Positions 9,299 through 18,336 of a stretch of 64,000 bases of DNA are shown here, one piece after another (positions within the stretch are counted from its first letter, which is position 1; each line of letters opens with the position of its first letter). Location: the NCBI GenBank assembly GCA_017609605.1, contig JAFCDO010000002.1, forward strand, positions 9,369 through 73,368, given 5' to 3'. Position numbers and translations under genes: made by a program. The notes beneath the pieces are model-generated. The model saw nothing but the letters and a program-made list of their open reading frames with translations, ran no database searches and was not told the DNA's origin. Source of the DNA: Candidatus Parvarchaeota archaeon. GTDB lineage: Archaea; Nanobdellota; Nanobdellia; JAAOXT01.

Positions 9299-10110
9299 GT
9301 CACGCCTGCTTCTTTGACGTATTTTTTTTGTATTTTAACTTTGCTCAGTTTTTTCAGGGCTTGAAACGTTGCTTTGATAAGGTTTAATCGAGTGCTGGAC
9401 TGTCCTCTAACGTTTCCCCAAACGTCTTTGAGTCCTGCGAAACCAAGTACTTTTTTGACTTCGTCGTTCGTGTTCAAACCAATTCCTTTTGGGGCTGGTT
9501 TGAGCTCCACTACTGCTGAACTGCACTTGCCGATTATGGTGAAAGGCAGTGTATGGGGTTCTGCGCAACCGCATTCCCATGAACCGCATCCCCTGACGAT
9601 TTTTATAAGATTTTTTTTAGCGTTTTTTGTCGCTTTTTCTCTGGCAGGCACTGTTTCTCTAGCTTTTCCGAATCCTATGCCCACGTGCCCGTTGTAGTCT
9701 CCGACCACTGCGAGGGCTGAAAATGATAGTGTGCTGCCGTCTTCCGTTTTTTTTTGGGTGGTTCGGAACCTGTTTCTTTTTCCGCCGCCGAACTTTCCTT
9801 TTCTTTGTCCTAAGAGTATTAGGTCTTGCTCTAATCTTGGCACTAAGAGGTCGACGATTTCGGCTTCGCTTATAGGTTTTCCTGAATCAATTATTTGATC
9901 TATGTGAGTTATCCTGCCTTCCTTAACGGCTTTGCCTAGGATTGTTTTAGGAATCCAGGTATCCATTACTTTCTGTCTTCGTTCTTCAGGAGTTAATCTT
10001 CGGATTTCTCGCCTAAAACGTTTATTTTTTCCTCTTTGAGGACTTCCTCTTCTCGGAAAGCCTCGTCTGGAAGGATAGTTACTTCTTGTTTTTTCCACCG
10101 CTTTTTTCAC
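9280..10110 (-). CDS. rps5: 30S ribosomal protein S5 (uS5) with Arg-rich N-terminal extension
   Basis: W(I)PKTILGKAVKEG and the GGGKRNRF…ALAVVGDYNGHVGIGFGKARE uS5 core. The first ~45 aa are R-rich, and the ORF overlaps the rpl18 start by 32 nt, so the true start may be internal. Confidence 0.85.
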   Translation of the reverse strand: MKKAVEKTRSNYPSRRGFPRRGSPQRGKNKRFRREIRRLTPEERRQKVMDTWIPKTILGKAVKEGRITHIDQIIDSGKPISEAEIVDLLVPRLEQDLILLGQRKGKFGGGKRNRFRTTQKKTEDGSTLSFSALAVVGDYNGHVGIGFGKARETVPAREKATKNAKKNLIKIVRGCGSWECGCAEPHTLPFTIIGKCSSAVVELKPAPKGIGLNTNDEVKKVLGFAGLKDVWGNVRGQSSTRLNLIKATFQALKKLSKVKIQKKYVKEAGVTWGETK

Positions 10111-10603
10111 CTATAATTTTTGACTTGATTTTTTCAAAGTCTTTTTGAATATTTTCTTTTAAATGTTTCCCTGATGCCCTGTCTTCTGATGGGAAGAGTT
10201 TTTCTTTGGCTGGTACGTTGATTCCCGCGTCAATAACTCCTTTGAGTGCCGCAAATATTTTTGAGCCTTTAGTTTTTGATTGGAGTCCCATGTCAAGTAT
10301 CGTGTTGTCCAATTTTTTTTCAATCATTTTTTTGCCGAATAATAATCCTGCGAGGTACGCGGCGGGAACGTTTTTTAGGGAGTGCTTCCAACCAAGTTTT
10401 TTTAGTGCTGACGAATCCATTCCGAACACGGTTTTGTCTCCTTCTTTTTCGTAATTAACTATTTGAAGTCGGATTTTGGTAAGACTTTTTCTTATGACTA
10501 GGCGCGACTTTCTTGATTTAAGCATTTTTAAGCGTTTACCGTAGTCAGTCACGTTTTGCTTTCTTCTCTTGTATTTAGTCACGTAAACCTTGTTTATTGC
10601 CAT
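10079..10603 (-). CDS. rpl18: 50S ribosomal protein L18 (uL18)
   Basis: uL18-like N-terminus; conserved operon position between L19e and S5. Confidence 0.85.
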   Translation of the reverse strand: MAINKVYVTKYKRRKQNVTDYGKRLKMLKSRKSRLVIRKSLTKIRLQIVNYEKEGDKTVFGMDSSALKKLGWKHSLKNVPAAYLAGLLFGKKMIEKKLDNTILDMGLQSKTKGSKIFAALKGVIDAGINVPAKEKLFPSEDRASGKHLKENIQKDFEKIKSKIIGEKSGGKNKK

Positions 10604-10614
10604 TTTTTTTTTAA

Positions 10615-11070
10615 TTACTTTTTCTCCTTTGTAATGAATTTTTTAGCGTAAAGTTTTAAATGAGCTTTATTCCTGAAGAAACCTGCTTTGGCTTTTAAGT
10701 ATAATTCCCTGTAATTTTTTGTGTTGAGCAGCTCAATTTCTTTGAGTTTTTTCAGGAATCTTCTTTGAATCCTTATCTTGTTCATCCAGGCCTTTTTTTT
10801 GGGGGTTCTAGCTTTTTTAGCTCCTTTTCTTGTTCCTACCCCTGTTCTTCTGCCTTTTTTTTTCTTTTTTTGGGTTTCTCTGGTCCTGCCCCTGCTTTGA
10901 CCAACAATTTTTTTCTTTTTAATCCACTTTTTTTGTATGTAAACGCGAATGTCTGCTTTGGTTATGCCTTCTTTTATTTCTGGCAGTTTTTCAGGATCCA
11001 TCCAAATCTTATTCTCACCAACTTTGAGTATCTGTGCCGCCATCCTTCGTTGCAAGTCTAATCTTTTCAT
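10615..11070 (-). CDS. rpl19e: 50S ribosomal protein L19e
   Basis: MKRLDLQRRMAAQILKVGENKIWMDPE is the canonical L19e N-terminus. Confidence 0.85.
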   Translation of the reverse strand: MKRLDLQRRMAAQILKVGENKIWMDPEKLPEIKEGITKADIRVYIQKKWIKKKKIVGQSRGRTRETQKKKKKGRRTGVGTRKGAKKARTPKKKAWMNKIRIQRRFLKKLKEIELLNTKNYRELYLKAKAGFFRNKAHLKLYAKKFITKEKK

Positions 11071-11570
11071 TTCTTTTTCAAAGTTCCTTTAACAGTTTTT
11101 TTGGTCGGCGCTTTCTTTTCTTCACCTATTTTTTTCACGGTTTCTTCTTTTTTCTCCTCTTTCTTTTTAGGTTTCTCTTTTGCAAGTTCTTTTTTCTTGC
11201 GCGCTTTTTTGATTTTGACAGTTTTTTCCAAGTATTTTTTGGGGTTCCTGACGTTGAGTATTTTTATCTTGTTTTTCACGCAGTGTTGAACGATTTCTCT
11301 TTTCTTTTTCGCTCCCACTTTTCCTATTTTCACTGTTTTCAGTTCGCCAACATCTTTTATTCTTTTGACCAGGTTTTCCACGTGTTCTGAGGGGTGTAGT
11401 CCTCGGGTCTTTTTTGGCGCTCCAAATCCGGGGTTTGGGTGTTTGGGTTTTTGTTTTTCTTTTCTTCTGAGTTTAGAAGCCCATCCTCTTGGTTTGCGCC
11501 AGTTCTTACTGACCTTTTTTCTTTTGAACGCTTCTTCTCTCATGAATCTTGGCTTTTTTCTCGGGTTCAT
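11067..11570 (-). CDS. rpl32e: 50S ribosomal protein L32e
   Basis: L32e-like block; operon position after L6; K/E-rich tail. Confidence 0.85.
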   Translation of the reverse strand: MNPRKKPRFMREEAFKRKKVSKNWRKPRGWASKLRRKEKQKPKHPNPGFGAPKKTRGLHPSEHVENLVKRIKDVGELKTVKIGKVGAKKKREIVQHCVKNKIKILNVRNPKKYLEKTVKIKKARKKKELAKEKPKKKEEKKEETVKKIGEEKKAPTKKTVKGTLKKK

Positions 11571-12097
11571 AATTGCCTCCCGGGTTTCTGTGTTATGTAT
11601 ATTCCGTCCATGAAAACTCGTCTGTCTTTACCCCTTATCCTGGTCGCTTTTTCTATGTTTGCCGCGGTCTGCCCTGCTTTCTCTCTGTCAGGGCTTTCAA
11701 CGATTATGTGTCCTCCCTCGACTCGAGCTTCGGCGCCTTCAACTATTCTGGCTTTCCTGTCTTTTTTTTCGCCGACGAAGTTTTTGATTATGACTTGTCC
11801 ATCCTTTACGTTCACGGACATAGGGAAGTGTGATGAAGCGATTTTGAGTTTGTAAGTGAATCCTTGTTCGGCTCCTCGAATCATGTTTTTGATGTGAGCC
11901 GCCCAAGTCTTGATCATTTTTTTCATTTTTTTCTGGTCTTTTTCTGTTTCCACGATTACAGCGTTGTTTTTTAGGAGTATTTTTAGACCAGGGTAAGAGA
12001 ATTCTCTTTTTGTTTGGCCTTTTAACCCGTTTATTTTTAGGGTTTTGTCTTCTATTGTCGCGGTGACTCCTTCTTTTAACTCAATTGTTTCAATCAT
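11567..12097 (-). CDS. rpl6: 50S ribosomal protein L6 (uL6)
   Basis: Two-domain uL6 pattern (…KLKIASSHFPMSVNVKDGQVIIKNFVGEKK…); operon position between S8 and L32e. Confidence 0.85.
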   Translation of the reverse strand: MIETIELKEGVTATIEDKTLKINGLKGQTKREFSYPGLKILLKNNAVIVETEKDQKKMKKMIKTWAAHIKNMIRGAEQGFTYKLKIASSHFPMSVNVKDGQVIIKNFVGEKKDRKARIVEGAEARVEGGHIIVESPDREKAGQTAANIEKATRIRGKDRRVFMDGIYITQKPGRQL

Positions 12098-12103
12098 TTT
12101 TTT

Positions 12104-12493
12104 TTAATATACGTACGCTACTAGCGCGCCTCCAACTTTTTTTTGTTTGGCTTCTTCTTGCGTCATGATTCCCTTTGATGTTGTGAGCATTAGGTACCCG
12201 AATCCTTTTGCGGGAAGGTATCTTTTCTCGTATTTTTCGAAGTCTTTTTTGTTGATTGGGAATCTTGGTTTGATGGACCCGCACTTGTTTATTTTTCCTA
12301 TTAGTTGCAGTTTTATCACTCCTCCTCTGCCGTTATCGATTATCTCGAATTCTCCTATGTAATTGTGTTCTTTCATGAGGTGGAGAACGTTTTTGATTAG
12401 TTTTGAAACTGGCTTTATCGTGCAATCTTTTTTTCCCACTTTTGACGCGTTGTTTATCGTTGATAATGCGTCGGATATTGTGTCTACACTCAT
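12104..12493 (-). CDS. rps8: 30S ribosomal protein S8 (uS8)
   Basis: MSVDTISDALSTINNA…YIGEFEII…GKINKCGSIKPRF…YVY matches uS8 at both ends. Confidence 0.9.
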   Translation of the reverse strand: MSVDTISDALSTINNASKVGKKDCTIKPVSKLIKNVLHLMKEHNYIGEFEIIDNGRGGVIKLQLIGKINKCGSIKPRFPINKKDFEKYEKRYLPAKGFGYLMLTTSKGIMTQEEAKQKKVGGALVAYVY

Positions 12494-12499
12494 TTTTTT

Positions 12500-12739
12500 T
12501 TATACCTCGTGTCCGTATTTTTTAAACCCTAGTTTTGGAGCTATTTCTTTGAAGCACTGTCTGCAAACGTGCAGCCCGTACTTGGATATGTGCCCGCCTC
12601 TCCTGCCGCAGCGCGTGCATTTTTTCAGGTTTTTTCCGAATTTTCTTTTTTTAGGCTTGTTGAATTTTAGGAATTTTTTTAGGCTGGCGGGTTTGTTCTT
12701 CAATTGTTTTAATGCTTTTCTATAGTCTTTGGCAGTCAT
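12500..12739 (-). CDS. rps14: 30S ribosomal protein S14 type Z (uS14, zinc-binding)
   Basis: C-terminal [25 protein letters not shown] CxxC…CxxC zinc module. The N-terminal 25 aa may exceed the true start. Confidence 0.8.
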   Translation of the reverse strand: MTAKDYRKALKQLKNKPASLKKFLKFNKPKKRKFGKNLKKCTRCGRRGGHISKYGLHVCRQCFKEIAPKLGFKKYGHEV

Positions 12740-13239
12740 TCAATTGTCACCCCAATCTTTTTTATGAATTCTTGGGCTTCTTCTTTGGTGACGAGTTGTT
12801 TTTTCCCGATTTTGGATTTCTTGATTTTTCTTTGCGCCACCCTGTAACCCGGTTTTTTTAGGGTTACTGCGACGTCGAAACCGAATATTCCTAGTTTCGG
12901 GTTGTATTGAATTTCTTTGATATCAATGTATTCTTTTATCCCGAAGCTGAAGTTTCCTTGTTTATCAAAGTTTTTTGGTTTTAGCGTGTTGTCAACTGCT
13001 TTCAGCAGTATTTTAAGCATTTTTTCCGCGTTTTTTCCTCTTAGCGTGACTTTTGCTCCTATTTCCATGCCTGGTCTGACGTTCCACGTGGGAATTCTTT
13101 TTTTCGCTTTTGTTTTTATTACTTTGGTTCCGCTGAGTTCTTCTAGTATTTTCATCCGTTTTTCCAGCTTTTCTCCAGCTTCCCCTACCCCTATGTTTAG
13201 GGTTATCTTGTCAAGTTTTACTGTGTTCATCTTGTTCAT
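12736..13239 (-). CDS. rpl5: 50S ribosomal protein L5 (uL5)
   Basis: uL5 core, positioned between S4e and S14. Confidence 0.9.
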   Translation of the reverse strand: MNKMNTVKLDKITLNIGVGEAGEKLEKRMKILEELSGTKVIKTKAKKRIPTWNVRPGMEIGAKVTLRGKNAEKMLKILLKAVDNTLKPKNFDKQGNFSFGIKEYIDIKEIQYNPKLGIFGFDVAVTLKKPGYRVAQRKIKKSKIGKKQLVTKEEAQEFIKKIGVTIE

Positions 13240-13955
13240 TGTATTTTAATCACGGATTTCTTTTCGCCAAGTACTAGCACGTAGTTTTCCAGGGTTGCGT
13301 ACGTCTTGCCTTTAATGGTTTTGAGCTCTATTTTGTCGGGTTGAACTCCTTTGAATGATTGATAGTTTTCTATGGTTGCTTGTTCTCCAACGTGGTTTCC
13401 ACCGATTACGAGTACTGCAGCGCCTTTGGTGTTCTTCAGCACCTTGGTCATCTTGTTTTTTGATAGTTGGATTAAGGCGGAGTCCCCGACATCAATTTTT
13501 TCTTTGGTTATCATTACTTTGCCGTCGTGGAAAGTTATTTGGGTTTGTCCTTTTTTGATTTTGATTTTTCTGGTTGCCCTGCAAATTTTTTGGTCTGCTT
13601 CTGTTTTGCTTATTTCTATTAGCAGGTGTCTGCCTTTATTATCCAAGGTCATCCTGTAATTCTTTTTTTGTTTTTGTAAGGTTATGACGTCCATTAAGCC
13701 TATGGCTCGGTTAGCGTCTTTGACGATTTTTCCGTCAACCAGCACGTCCTTTTTTTGAAGTATGTATCTTGCTTCTCTTTTGTTTTCGGCCACCCCAAGC
13801 AAGTTTTTTAGTACTAGTGTTAGAGGGATTGCTTGTTTATTGTGAGGGCCTGGTTTCGGCCTGGCCACCCATTTGTTTTTTTTTCTAAGTATTTTCCATT
13901 GTTTTGGCGCTACCAGCGCTTTCAAATGTGCCATGTTATTTTTTTCTCCTTTCAA
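13236..13955 (-). CDS. rps4e: 30S ribosomal protein S4e
   Basis: MAHLKALVAPKQWKILRKKNKWVARPKPGPH is the canonical S4e N-terminus; 239 aa. Confidence 0.9.
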   Translation of the reverse strand: MKGEKNNMAHLKALVAPKQWKILRKKNKWVARPKPGPHNKQAIPLTLVLKNLLGVAENKREARYILQKKDVLVDGKIVKDANRAIGLMDVITLQKQKKNYRMTLDNKGRHLLIEISKTEADQKICRATRKIKIKKGQTQITFHDGKVMITKEKIDVGDSALIQLSKNKMTKVLKNTKGAAVLVIGGNHVGEQATIENYQSFKGVQPDKIELKTIKGKTYATLENYVLVLGEKKSVIKIQ

Positions 13956-14316
13956 TTGCTCGTGAGCGTTTTTTGTCTTCGAGGTTAAGTTCTATTATCA
14001 TCAGGTTTGACGGGTCTATTGGCCGGGAGGTTTTGGTGCCGTCTTTCTTGCTTATTTTTATTTTGTCGATTAGCACTTTTCTTTTTTTGTAAAGTACTTT
14101 CTCGATTTTTCCTGTGGTTCCTTTGAAGTCCCCTATCATTATTTTGATTTTATCCCCTTTTCGCGGCGGGAAGCTTCTGGTTCCGTGTTTTTGGGCGAGG
14201 GGTTTGGATAAGTGTGCGCTCATTAGTTTTCTTGTCACATGTTCTGGCGCGTTGCGAGCGTATTTCCTTTTTTTGGTCGGCTTACCAGATTTTTTCCAGT
14301 TTTTGTTCCAATTCAT
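13936..14316 (-). CDS. rpl24: 50S ribosomal protein L24 (uL24, KOW)
   Basis: KOW motif GDKIKIMIGDFKGTTGKI; operon position. Confidence 0.85.
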   Translation of the reverse strand: MNWNKNWKKSGKPTKKRKYARNAPEHVTRKLMSAHLSKPLAQKHGTRSFPPRKGDKIKIMIGDFKGTTGKIEKVLYKKRKVLIDKIKISKKDGTKTSRPIDPSNLMIIELNLEDKKRSRAIERRKK

Positions 14317-14720
14317 AGTACTATCCTCGCTATTTTTCCTACTTTTGGGAATCTCTTGGCCGCTTCTTTTGCCATGGCTCCTTTAACCACGCTTCCTTGC
14401 GGTTCCCCGTGTTTAAGGTCTTTCATCATTACGCACGCGTTGTCTTCGAATTTGACTCTGGTCCCGTCAGGTCTTCTGAACTCTTTTTTTTGTCTGATTA
14501 TTACCATTGGTAACCTTTTTTTTTTGAATTCTGGCCTGCCTTTTTTTACTGCCACGATTATGATGTCTCCGACGCCTGCTGACGCGAGTCTGCCTTTGAC
14601 TTGCCCGCCACCTTTTTTCACGCCTATTATCTCTACTATTTTGGCGCCGCTGTTGTCAGCTACGATTAATCTTGCGCCGATGGGGAGTGGTTTGGTTATT
14701 TTTGCGTTAACGGGGTTCAT
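14313..14720 (-). CDS. rpl14: 50S ribosomal protein L14 (uL14)
   Basis: LIVADNSGAKIVEIIGVKKGGG…GDIIIVAV is the uL14 signature. Confidence 0.9.
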   Translation of the reverse strand: MNPVNAKITKPLPIGARLIVADNSGAKIVEIIGVKKGGGQVKGRLASAGVGDIIIVAVKKGRPEFKKKRLPMVIIRQKKEFRRPDGTRVKFEDNACVMMKDLKHGEPQGSVVKGAMAKEAAKRFPKVGKIARIVL

Positions 14721-14726
14721 TTTTTT

Positions 14727-15053
14727 TTATTCTTGTTTTTGCAGGACCACGAATTTTTTGGTTTTGGATATGGGTCTGGTTTCACCTATCAGGACCTTAT
14801 CTCCTTCTTTTATTTGCATGCATGGAGAGACGTGGGCGGTCACCCTTGTCTTTTTTCTCATGTATCTTTCGTATTTGGGAATCTTAACCACTCTGCTCCA
14901 AGTTATTACTGCGCTTTTATTCATTTTTGTCGACGCTACAGTGCCTTGGAAGGTTCTTCCCCTGACCTTGAGGTTCCCGTGAAAAGGGCATTTCTTGTCA
15001 GTACACTTGTCTTTTGGTGGTTTTATTCCTTGGATTCCTATATCTCGAGCCAT
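14727..15053 (-). CDS. rps17: 30S ribosomal protein S17 (uS17)
   Basis: OB-fold uS17 blocks (GTVASTKMNKSAVI…KTRVTAHVSPCMQIKEGDKVLIGETRPISK). Confidence 0.85.
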   Translation of the reverse strand: MARDIGIQGIKPPKDKCTDKKCPFHGNLKVRGRTFQGTVASTKMNKSAVITWSRVVKIPKYERYMRKKTRVTAHVSPCMQIKEGDKVLIGETRPISKTKKFVVLQKQE

Positions 15054-15313
15054 CTGTTTTTCACCTTGATTTTTTTTTTGATTCTTTCCTGTGGTTTGCC
15101 TTGGAGGAGTTCGCCTTTGATTTCGACGATGCTTCCGTCAGGCAGCGTTATTCGGAACGTGTTTCCTTTTTTTATAATCTTTTTTTTTGTTTTGTTTTGT
15201 TTTGTGAGCGTTATCGTGCTTTTTGTTTCGTCCGTGATCGTTCCACTGGTTTTTTCCACTATTGCTTTAAGCCCGATTAGTTCGTGCTTGACCACGTTTT
15301 TTGGGGTTATCAT
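15038..15313 (-). CDS. rnp1: RNase P protein subunit Rpp29 (Rnp1/Pop4)
   Basis: LIGLKAIVEKTSGTITDETKSTITLTKQNKTKKKIIKKGNTFRITLPDGSIVEIKGELLQGKPQERIKK matches the Rpp29 Sm-like barrel. This is its conserved archaeal position between SUI1 and S17. The internal start at 15313 gives an ATGA overlap with the sui1 stop. The track ORF extends to 15427 inside sui1. Confidence 0.7.
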   Translation of the reverse strand: MITPKNVVKHELIGLKAIVEKTSGTITDETKSTITLTKQNKTKKKIIKKGNTFRITLPDGSIVEIKGELLQGKPQERIKKKIKVKNRWLEI

Positions 15314-15621
15314 ACTTCTATGCTGTCCCCTGGGAACCCGTATTCTATGAGCAGTTCTTTCATCCTGTTCACGTGGTTTCCTTGTATCATAAGCGTGTTT
15401 TTTTGTTTGTCTTCTGCGCCTCCGCAAGCGAGTTCTTTTTTAAGGTATTTTAATAGTTTTTTGGTATCCACCTCTTTTGGGTTGATGCCAGTTACTATGG
15501 TCATGAGTTTTCTGTATTTTCCTCTTTTTGTCGTAACCTTGATTTTTGTTTGTTCTTTACTTATGCTTTCACATATGCATAGTTCTTTGGGTAATCCGCA
15601 TTTTGGACAGGTTGTGTTCAT
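15310..15621 (-). CDS. sui1: translation initiation factor SUI1 (aIF1) with N-terminal CxxC knuckle
   Basis: SUI1 fold blocks (VTTKRGKYRKLMTIVTGI…LKKELACGGAEDKQKNTLMIQGNHV); embedded in the ribosomal operon as in many archaea. Confidence 0.8.
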   Translation of the reverse strand: MNTTCPKCGLPKELCICESISKEQTKIKVTTKRGKYRKLMTIVTGINPKEVDTKKLLKYLKKELACGGAEDKQKNTLMIQGNHVNRMKELLIEYGFPGDSIEV

Positions 15622-15828
15622 TTATGCTGTTTTTTTCTCCAATCTTTTTCTTGTTTGTATTCTCGCAATGGTTTTTCTGAGTTGTTTGATTTGCCCCGGG
15701 TTTTCTGGAGGTGCTCCGGAGCTTTTTTTTGTGTTGATCTTGAGTAGTTCTAATTCGATTTCTTTTTGTTTTTTATCTAGTTCTGCTATCGTCATTTTTT
15801 GAATATCTCTTTTCTTCAGGTCCGCCAT
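15622..15828 (-). CDS. rpl29: 50S ribosomal protein L29 (uL29)
   Basis: 68-aa coiled-coil uL29 (MADLKKRDIQKMTIAELDKKQKEIELELLK). Confidence 0.85.
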   Translation of the reverse strand: MADLKKRDIQKMTIAELDKKQKEIELELLKINTKKSSGAPPENPGQIKQLRKTIARIQTRKRLEKKTA

Positions 15829-16581
15829 TTATTTTTTGGCCTCCTTAACCTTTTTTTTCTCAACCGTTTTTTCTTTTTTAACTTCTTTTTCTTTTTTAGG
15901 TTCTGTTTTCGGTTTTTCTTCTTTTTTTACAGTTTCTTTTTGAAGTTCTTTTTTGACTTCTTCTTTAATTTCTGTTTCTTCTTCGCGGGTTGGTACTGTG
16001 ACGTCGTCTGGCATTTTGACGTGTGAGTGAAGTATCTGGACAGTAATGCCAACCACTCCTGGTCTAAGCAGGGCTACTTTGAATCCTTTATCGATTTGTG
16101 TGTCTGATACGTTCCCGCATTTTGGAAGGTATCCTCTGTAAAACCTCCAGGTTTTGGATCTTTTTCCAGGCACTTTTCCGGATATCAATATTTCGGCTCC
16201 TCTTGCCCCTGCATTGATTATGGCTTGCAATGTTCTGTGACCTATTGCTTTGAATCTCGTTTTTCCTTGTCTTATGAGCTGGTTGGCGACTTGTTCGGCA
16301 ACTACTTGCGCGTCTAGGATGGGGTCTGGAACGTCTTTTATTTCGATTTGAAGGTTGTCGAACTTGAATTCTTTGATGAGTTTTTCTTGGAGTAAGCGGA
16401 TGTTGGCTCCTTTTCTTCCGACGACGAGACCGCTCATTGCTGAATGTATGGTTAATTTGACGCCTATAGGATTTATGTGCATGTCAATTTTGCTCAACCC
16501 CACGTTGTTTAGTTCTGACGCTAGAAATTCTTGTATTTTGAGGTCTCTTTTCTTGTTTTCAATGAATTTTTTTTCAATCAT
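15829..16581 (-). CDS. rps3: 30S ribosomal protein S3 (uS3) with K/E-rich C-terminal tail
   Basis: KH domain (…GLVVGRKGANIRLLQEKL…) plus the uS3 C-domain. The last ~50 aa are a KE-rich low-complexity tail containing EEKPKTEPKK. Confidence 0.9.
   Translation of the reverse strand: MIEKKFIENKKRDLKIQEFLASELNNVGLSKIDMHINPIGVKLTIHSAMSGLVVGRKGANIRLLQEKLIKEFKFDNLQIEIKDVPDPILDAQVVAEQVANQLIRQGKTRFKAIGHRTLQAIINAGARGAEILISGKVPGKRSKTWRFYRGYLPKCGNVSDTQIDKGFKVALLRPGVVGITVQILHSHVKMPDDVTVPTREEETEIKEEVKKELQKETVKKEEKPKTEPKKEKEVKKEKTVEKKKVKEAKK
15892..15922. repeat. 31-bp perfect direct repeat copy A (in rps3 tail coding region)
   Basis: TTTTTTAGGTTCTGTTTTCGGTTTTTCTTCT is identical to the copy at 16732-16762. 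It encodes EEKPKTEPKK on the minus strand. Confidence 0.7.
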
Positions 16582-17201
16582 TTCTTGACTTCCTCTTTTT
16601 GTTTTGGTTTTTCTTTCTTCGATGGGGGTTGTGTTTTCGGAGTTTTTTCTTGTATTTTTTTAGTTTCTTCTTTTACACTTGGAGGAGACTTCGGTTTGCT
16701 TATTTCGATTTTTGCTTCTGTTTTTTTAGGTTCTGTTTTCGGTTTTTCTTCTTCTTTTCTTGTTTTCTTGGGTTTTTCCGCTTCTTGCTCTTCCACTATT
16801 ATTTCTACGTGCGCGTATTTTCCTCTTCTTCTTTCTTTACTTATTGCTCTGTGCGTGACAGCGTGCATGATTTTGAGGTAGTTTTCGTCAAGTCCTTTGT
16901 TTTGCGCGTTTGCGATTGCGTTTTGGATTACTAGTATTACGTGTTTACTTGCTTTAACGGGGTAACCCCCTGACATCATTCCTCTTCTGTGCGCCCTATC
17001 CTTGTTGTATCTTTTGTAGGGTACGGCTTCTTGCTTTTTTATGACTCTTTCTAGAGTCATGATGGCGTTCAGCACTTTTCTGTTTTTTATGTGCACGCAG
17101 ATTTCTCTAGTCACTTTGGGGCTTATCGGCAGGAACGTGCCTACTGCTTTTGCCATCGTGTTTTCATCCCATTTTTTTTGATACGAGTATTTCCACGCCA
17201 T
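16578..17201 (-). CDS. rpl22: 50S ribosomal protein L22 (uL22) with K/E-rich C-terminal tail
   Basis: uL22 core (…YAHVEIIVEEQEAEKP) followed by a ~70-aa K/E/P-rich tail sharing EEKPKTEPKK with S3. Confidence 0.85.
   Translation of the reverse strand: MAWKYSYQKKWDENTMAKAVGTFLPISPKVTREICVHIKNRKVLNAIMTLERVIKKQEAVPYKRYNKDRAHRRGMMSGGYPVKASKHVILVIQNAIANAQNKGLDENYLKIMHAVTHRAISKERRRGKYAHVEIIVEEQEAEKPKKTRKEEEKPKTEPKKTEAKIEISKPKSPPSVKEETKKIQEKTPKTQPPSKKEKPKQKEEVKK
16732..16762. repeat. 31-bp perfect direct repeat copy B (in rpl22 tail coding region)
   Basis: Identical to 15892-15922; encodes EEKPKTEPKK in the L22 C-terminal tail. Confidence 0.7.
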
Positions 17202-17218
17202 AATATTTTTTTTTTCCT

Positions 17219-17602
17219 TTACTTTATTGGTACGAACATGCTTGATCTTGTCGCGCCCACTCCTGGTGCTCCGTGCCTTATTCTTTTTCTGGTGTCCACG
17301 AATTCTCCTATGCGATGCCCAATCATTTTTGGTTTGATTTCTAAGGGCACGAATTCTTTGCCATCATGAACCCTTATCGTCTTGCCAACCATTACTGGTA
17401 GCACCACCATTTCTCTTAAGTGGGTTTTAACCGGTTTTTCTTTGGTCCGAATTTTTTTGAGCAGGTCTTTGTGCTTTGTTTTCAGCCCTCTTTTCAGGAA
17501 TCTTCTCGCGTTTGTCTTCATTAGTTTGCTTACTTGGTCCACGCTCATGTTTTGCAGTTCTTCGAGCGAGTGTCCTTTGTAAGTGAAGTCTTTAGTTTTC
17601 AT
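17219..17602 (-). CDS. rps19: 30S ribosomal protein S19 (uS19)
   Basis: …HDGKEFVPLEIKPKMIGHRIGEFVDTRK… is the uS19 signature. Confidence 0.9.
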   Translation of the reverse strand: MKTKDFTYKGHSLEELQNMSVDQVSKLMKTNARRFLKRGLKTKHKDLLKKIRTKEKPVKTHLREMVVLPVMVGKTIRVHDGKEFVPLEIKPKMIGHRIGEFVDTRKRIRHGAPGVGATRSSMFVPIK

Positions 17603-17605
17603 TTT

Positions 17606-18325
17606 TTACTTTCTTTTCCTCCTTCCTGTTCTGCTTGGAGCTATGCTTCCCAGCTTAAGTGATGCCGTTCTTTTAACAGCTTTTTGTTTGTGACCGCTGC
17701 TTCCCCCTCCCCCTTGTGGGTGTTCGAAAGCGTTCATGGCAGTTCCTGACACGACTGGCCAGTACTTGCCTCTTCTTCTGCGAGCATAAAAGTTTTTACC
17801 TGCTTTGAGTAATGGTTTTTCTTTGAATCCTGCGCCCGCGATGCGGCCTATCATTGCCCTGCATTTCGGGTTCAGAATTTTTACTTTTTTTGATGGGAGT
17901 TGAACGAACACTTTTCCTTCTTCGTGCGAAAGTATTTTAGCGCTTGACCCGGCGCTTCTGATTAGTTTTCCGCCGTCTCCTGGTTTGAGTTCTATGTTGC
18001 ATATCCTAGTTCCTTCAGGTATTTTTTCTAATGGTATCACGTTAGCGTTTTTTATTTCAGCTTTCACTCCTGTTTGAACTTTCATTCCTACGTAAGAGCC
18101 TTCTACAGCGCATTGTAGGGTTTTCTGGCTCCCGTATTTGATTATCATAAGTGGTGACGTTCTTCCAGGGTCATTAATTATAGATACTATCCTGCCTTGG
18201 ACTTCACCGTTTTTTTCTTGGTCGTCATAAGACCTGTAACTGACTTTTCCCGCCCACCTGTGGCTGGGAGCTAGGAATCTTGGCTTTCCAGCCCCTCTTC
18301 TTTGTGTTTTAGCTCTTACCGGCAT
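17606..18325 (-). CDS. rpl2: 50S ribosomal protein L2 (uL2)
   Basis: …GGGGSSGHKQKAV… and the …LKPGDGGKLIRSAGSSAKIL… uL2 core. Confidence 0.9.
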   Translation of the reverse strand: MPVRAKTQRRGAGKPRFLAPSHRWAGKVSYRSYDDQEKNGEVQGRIVSIINDPGRTSPLMIIKYGSQKTLQCAVEGSYVGMKVQTGVKAEIKNANVIPLEKIPEGTRICNIELKPGDGGKLIRSAGSSAKILSHEEGKVFVQLPSKKVKILNPKCRAMIGRIAGAGFKEKPLLKAGKNFYARRRRGKYWPVVSGTAMNAFEHPQGGGGSSGHKQKAVKRTASLKLGSIAPSRTGRRKRK

Positions 18326-18336
18326 TTAAATTGTCC

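Noticed and set aside
14239-14982. 247-aa plus-strand ORF overlapping rpl14/rpl24/rps17
   Set aside because: It lies antisense to three well-supported ribosomal protein genes. It is hydrophobic and low-complexity, typical of a shadow ORF in a T-rich antisense strand. The same reasoning applies to 338-742, 2895-3401, 4098-4487, 8494-8808, 11034-11390, 15284-15802, 16599-16934, 25135-25644, 36145-36534, 52765-53118, 54228-54605, 55985-56503, 56537-56923, 58036-58416 and 61452-61964.
15314-15427. Long form of Rpp29 ORF extending into sui1
   Set aside because: The internal start at 15313 forms an ATGA overlap with the sui1 stop, and the Rpp29 barrel begins after it. The upstream 38 codons (MRRRRRQTKK…) are translated from the sui1 antisense-frame region.
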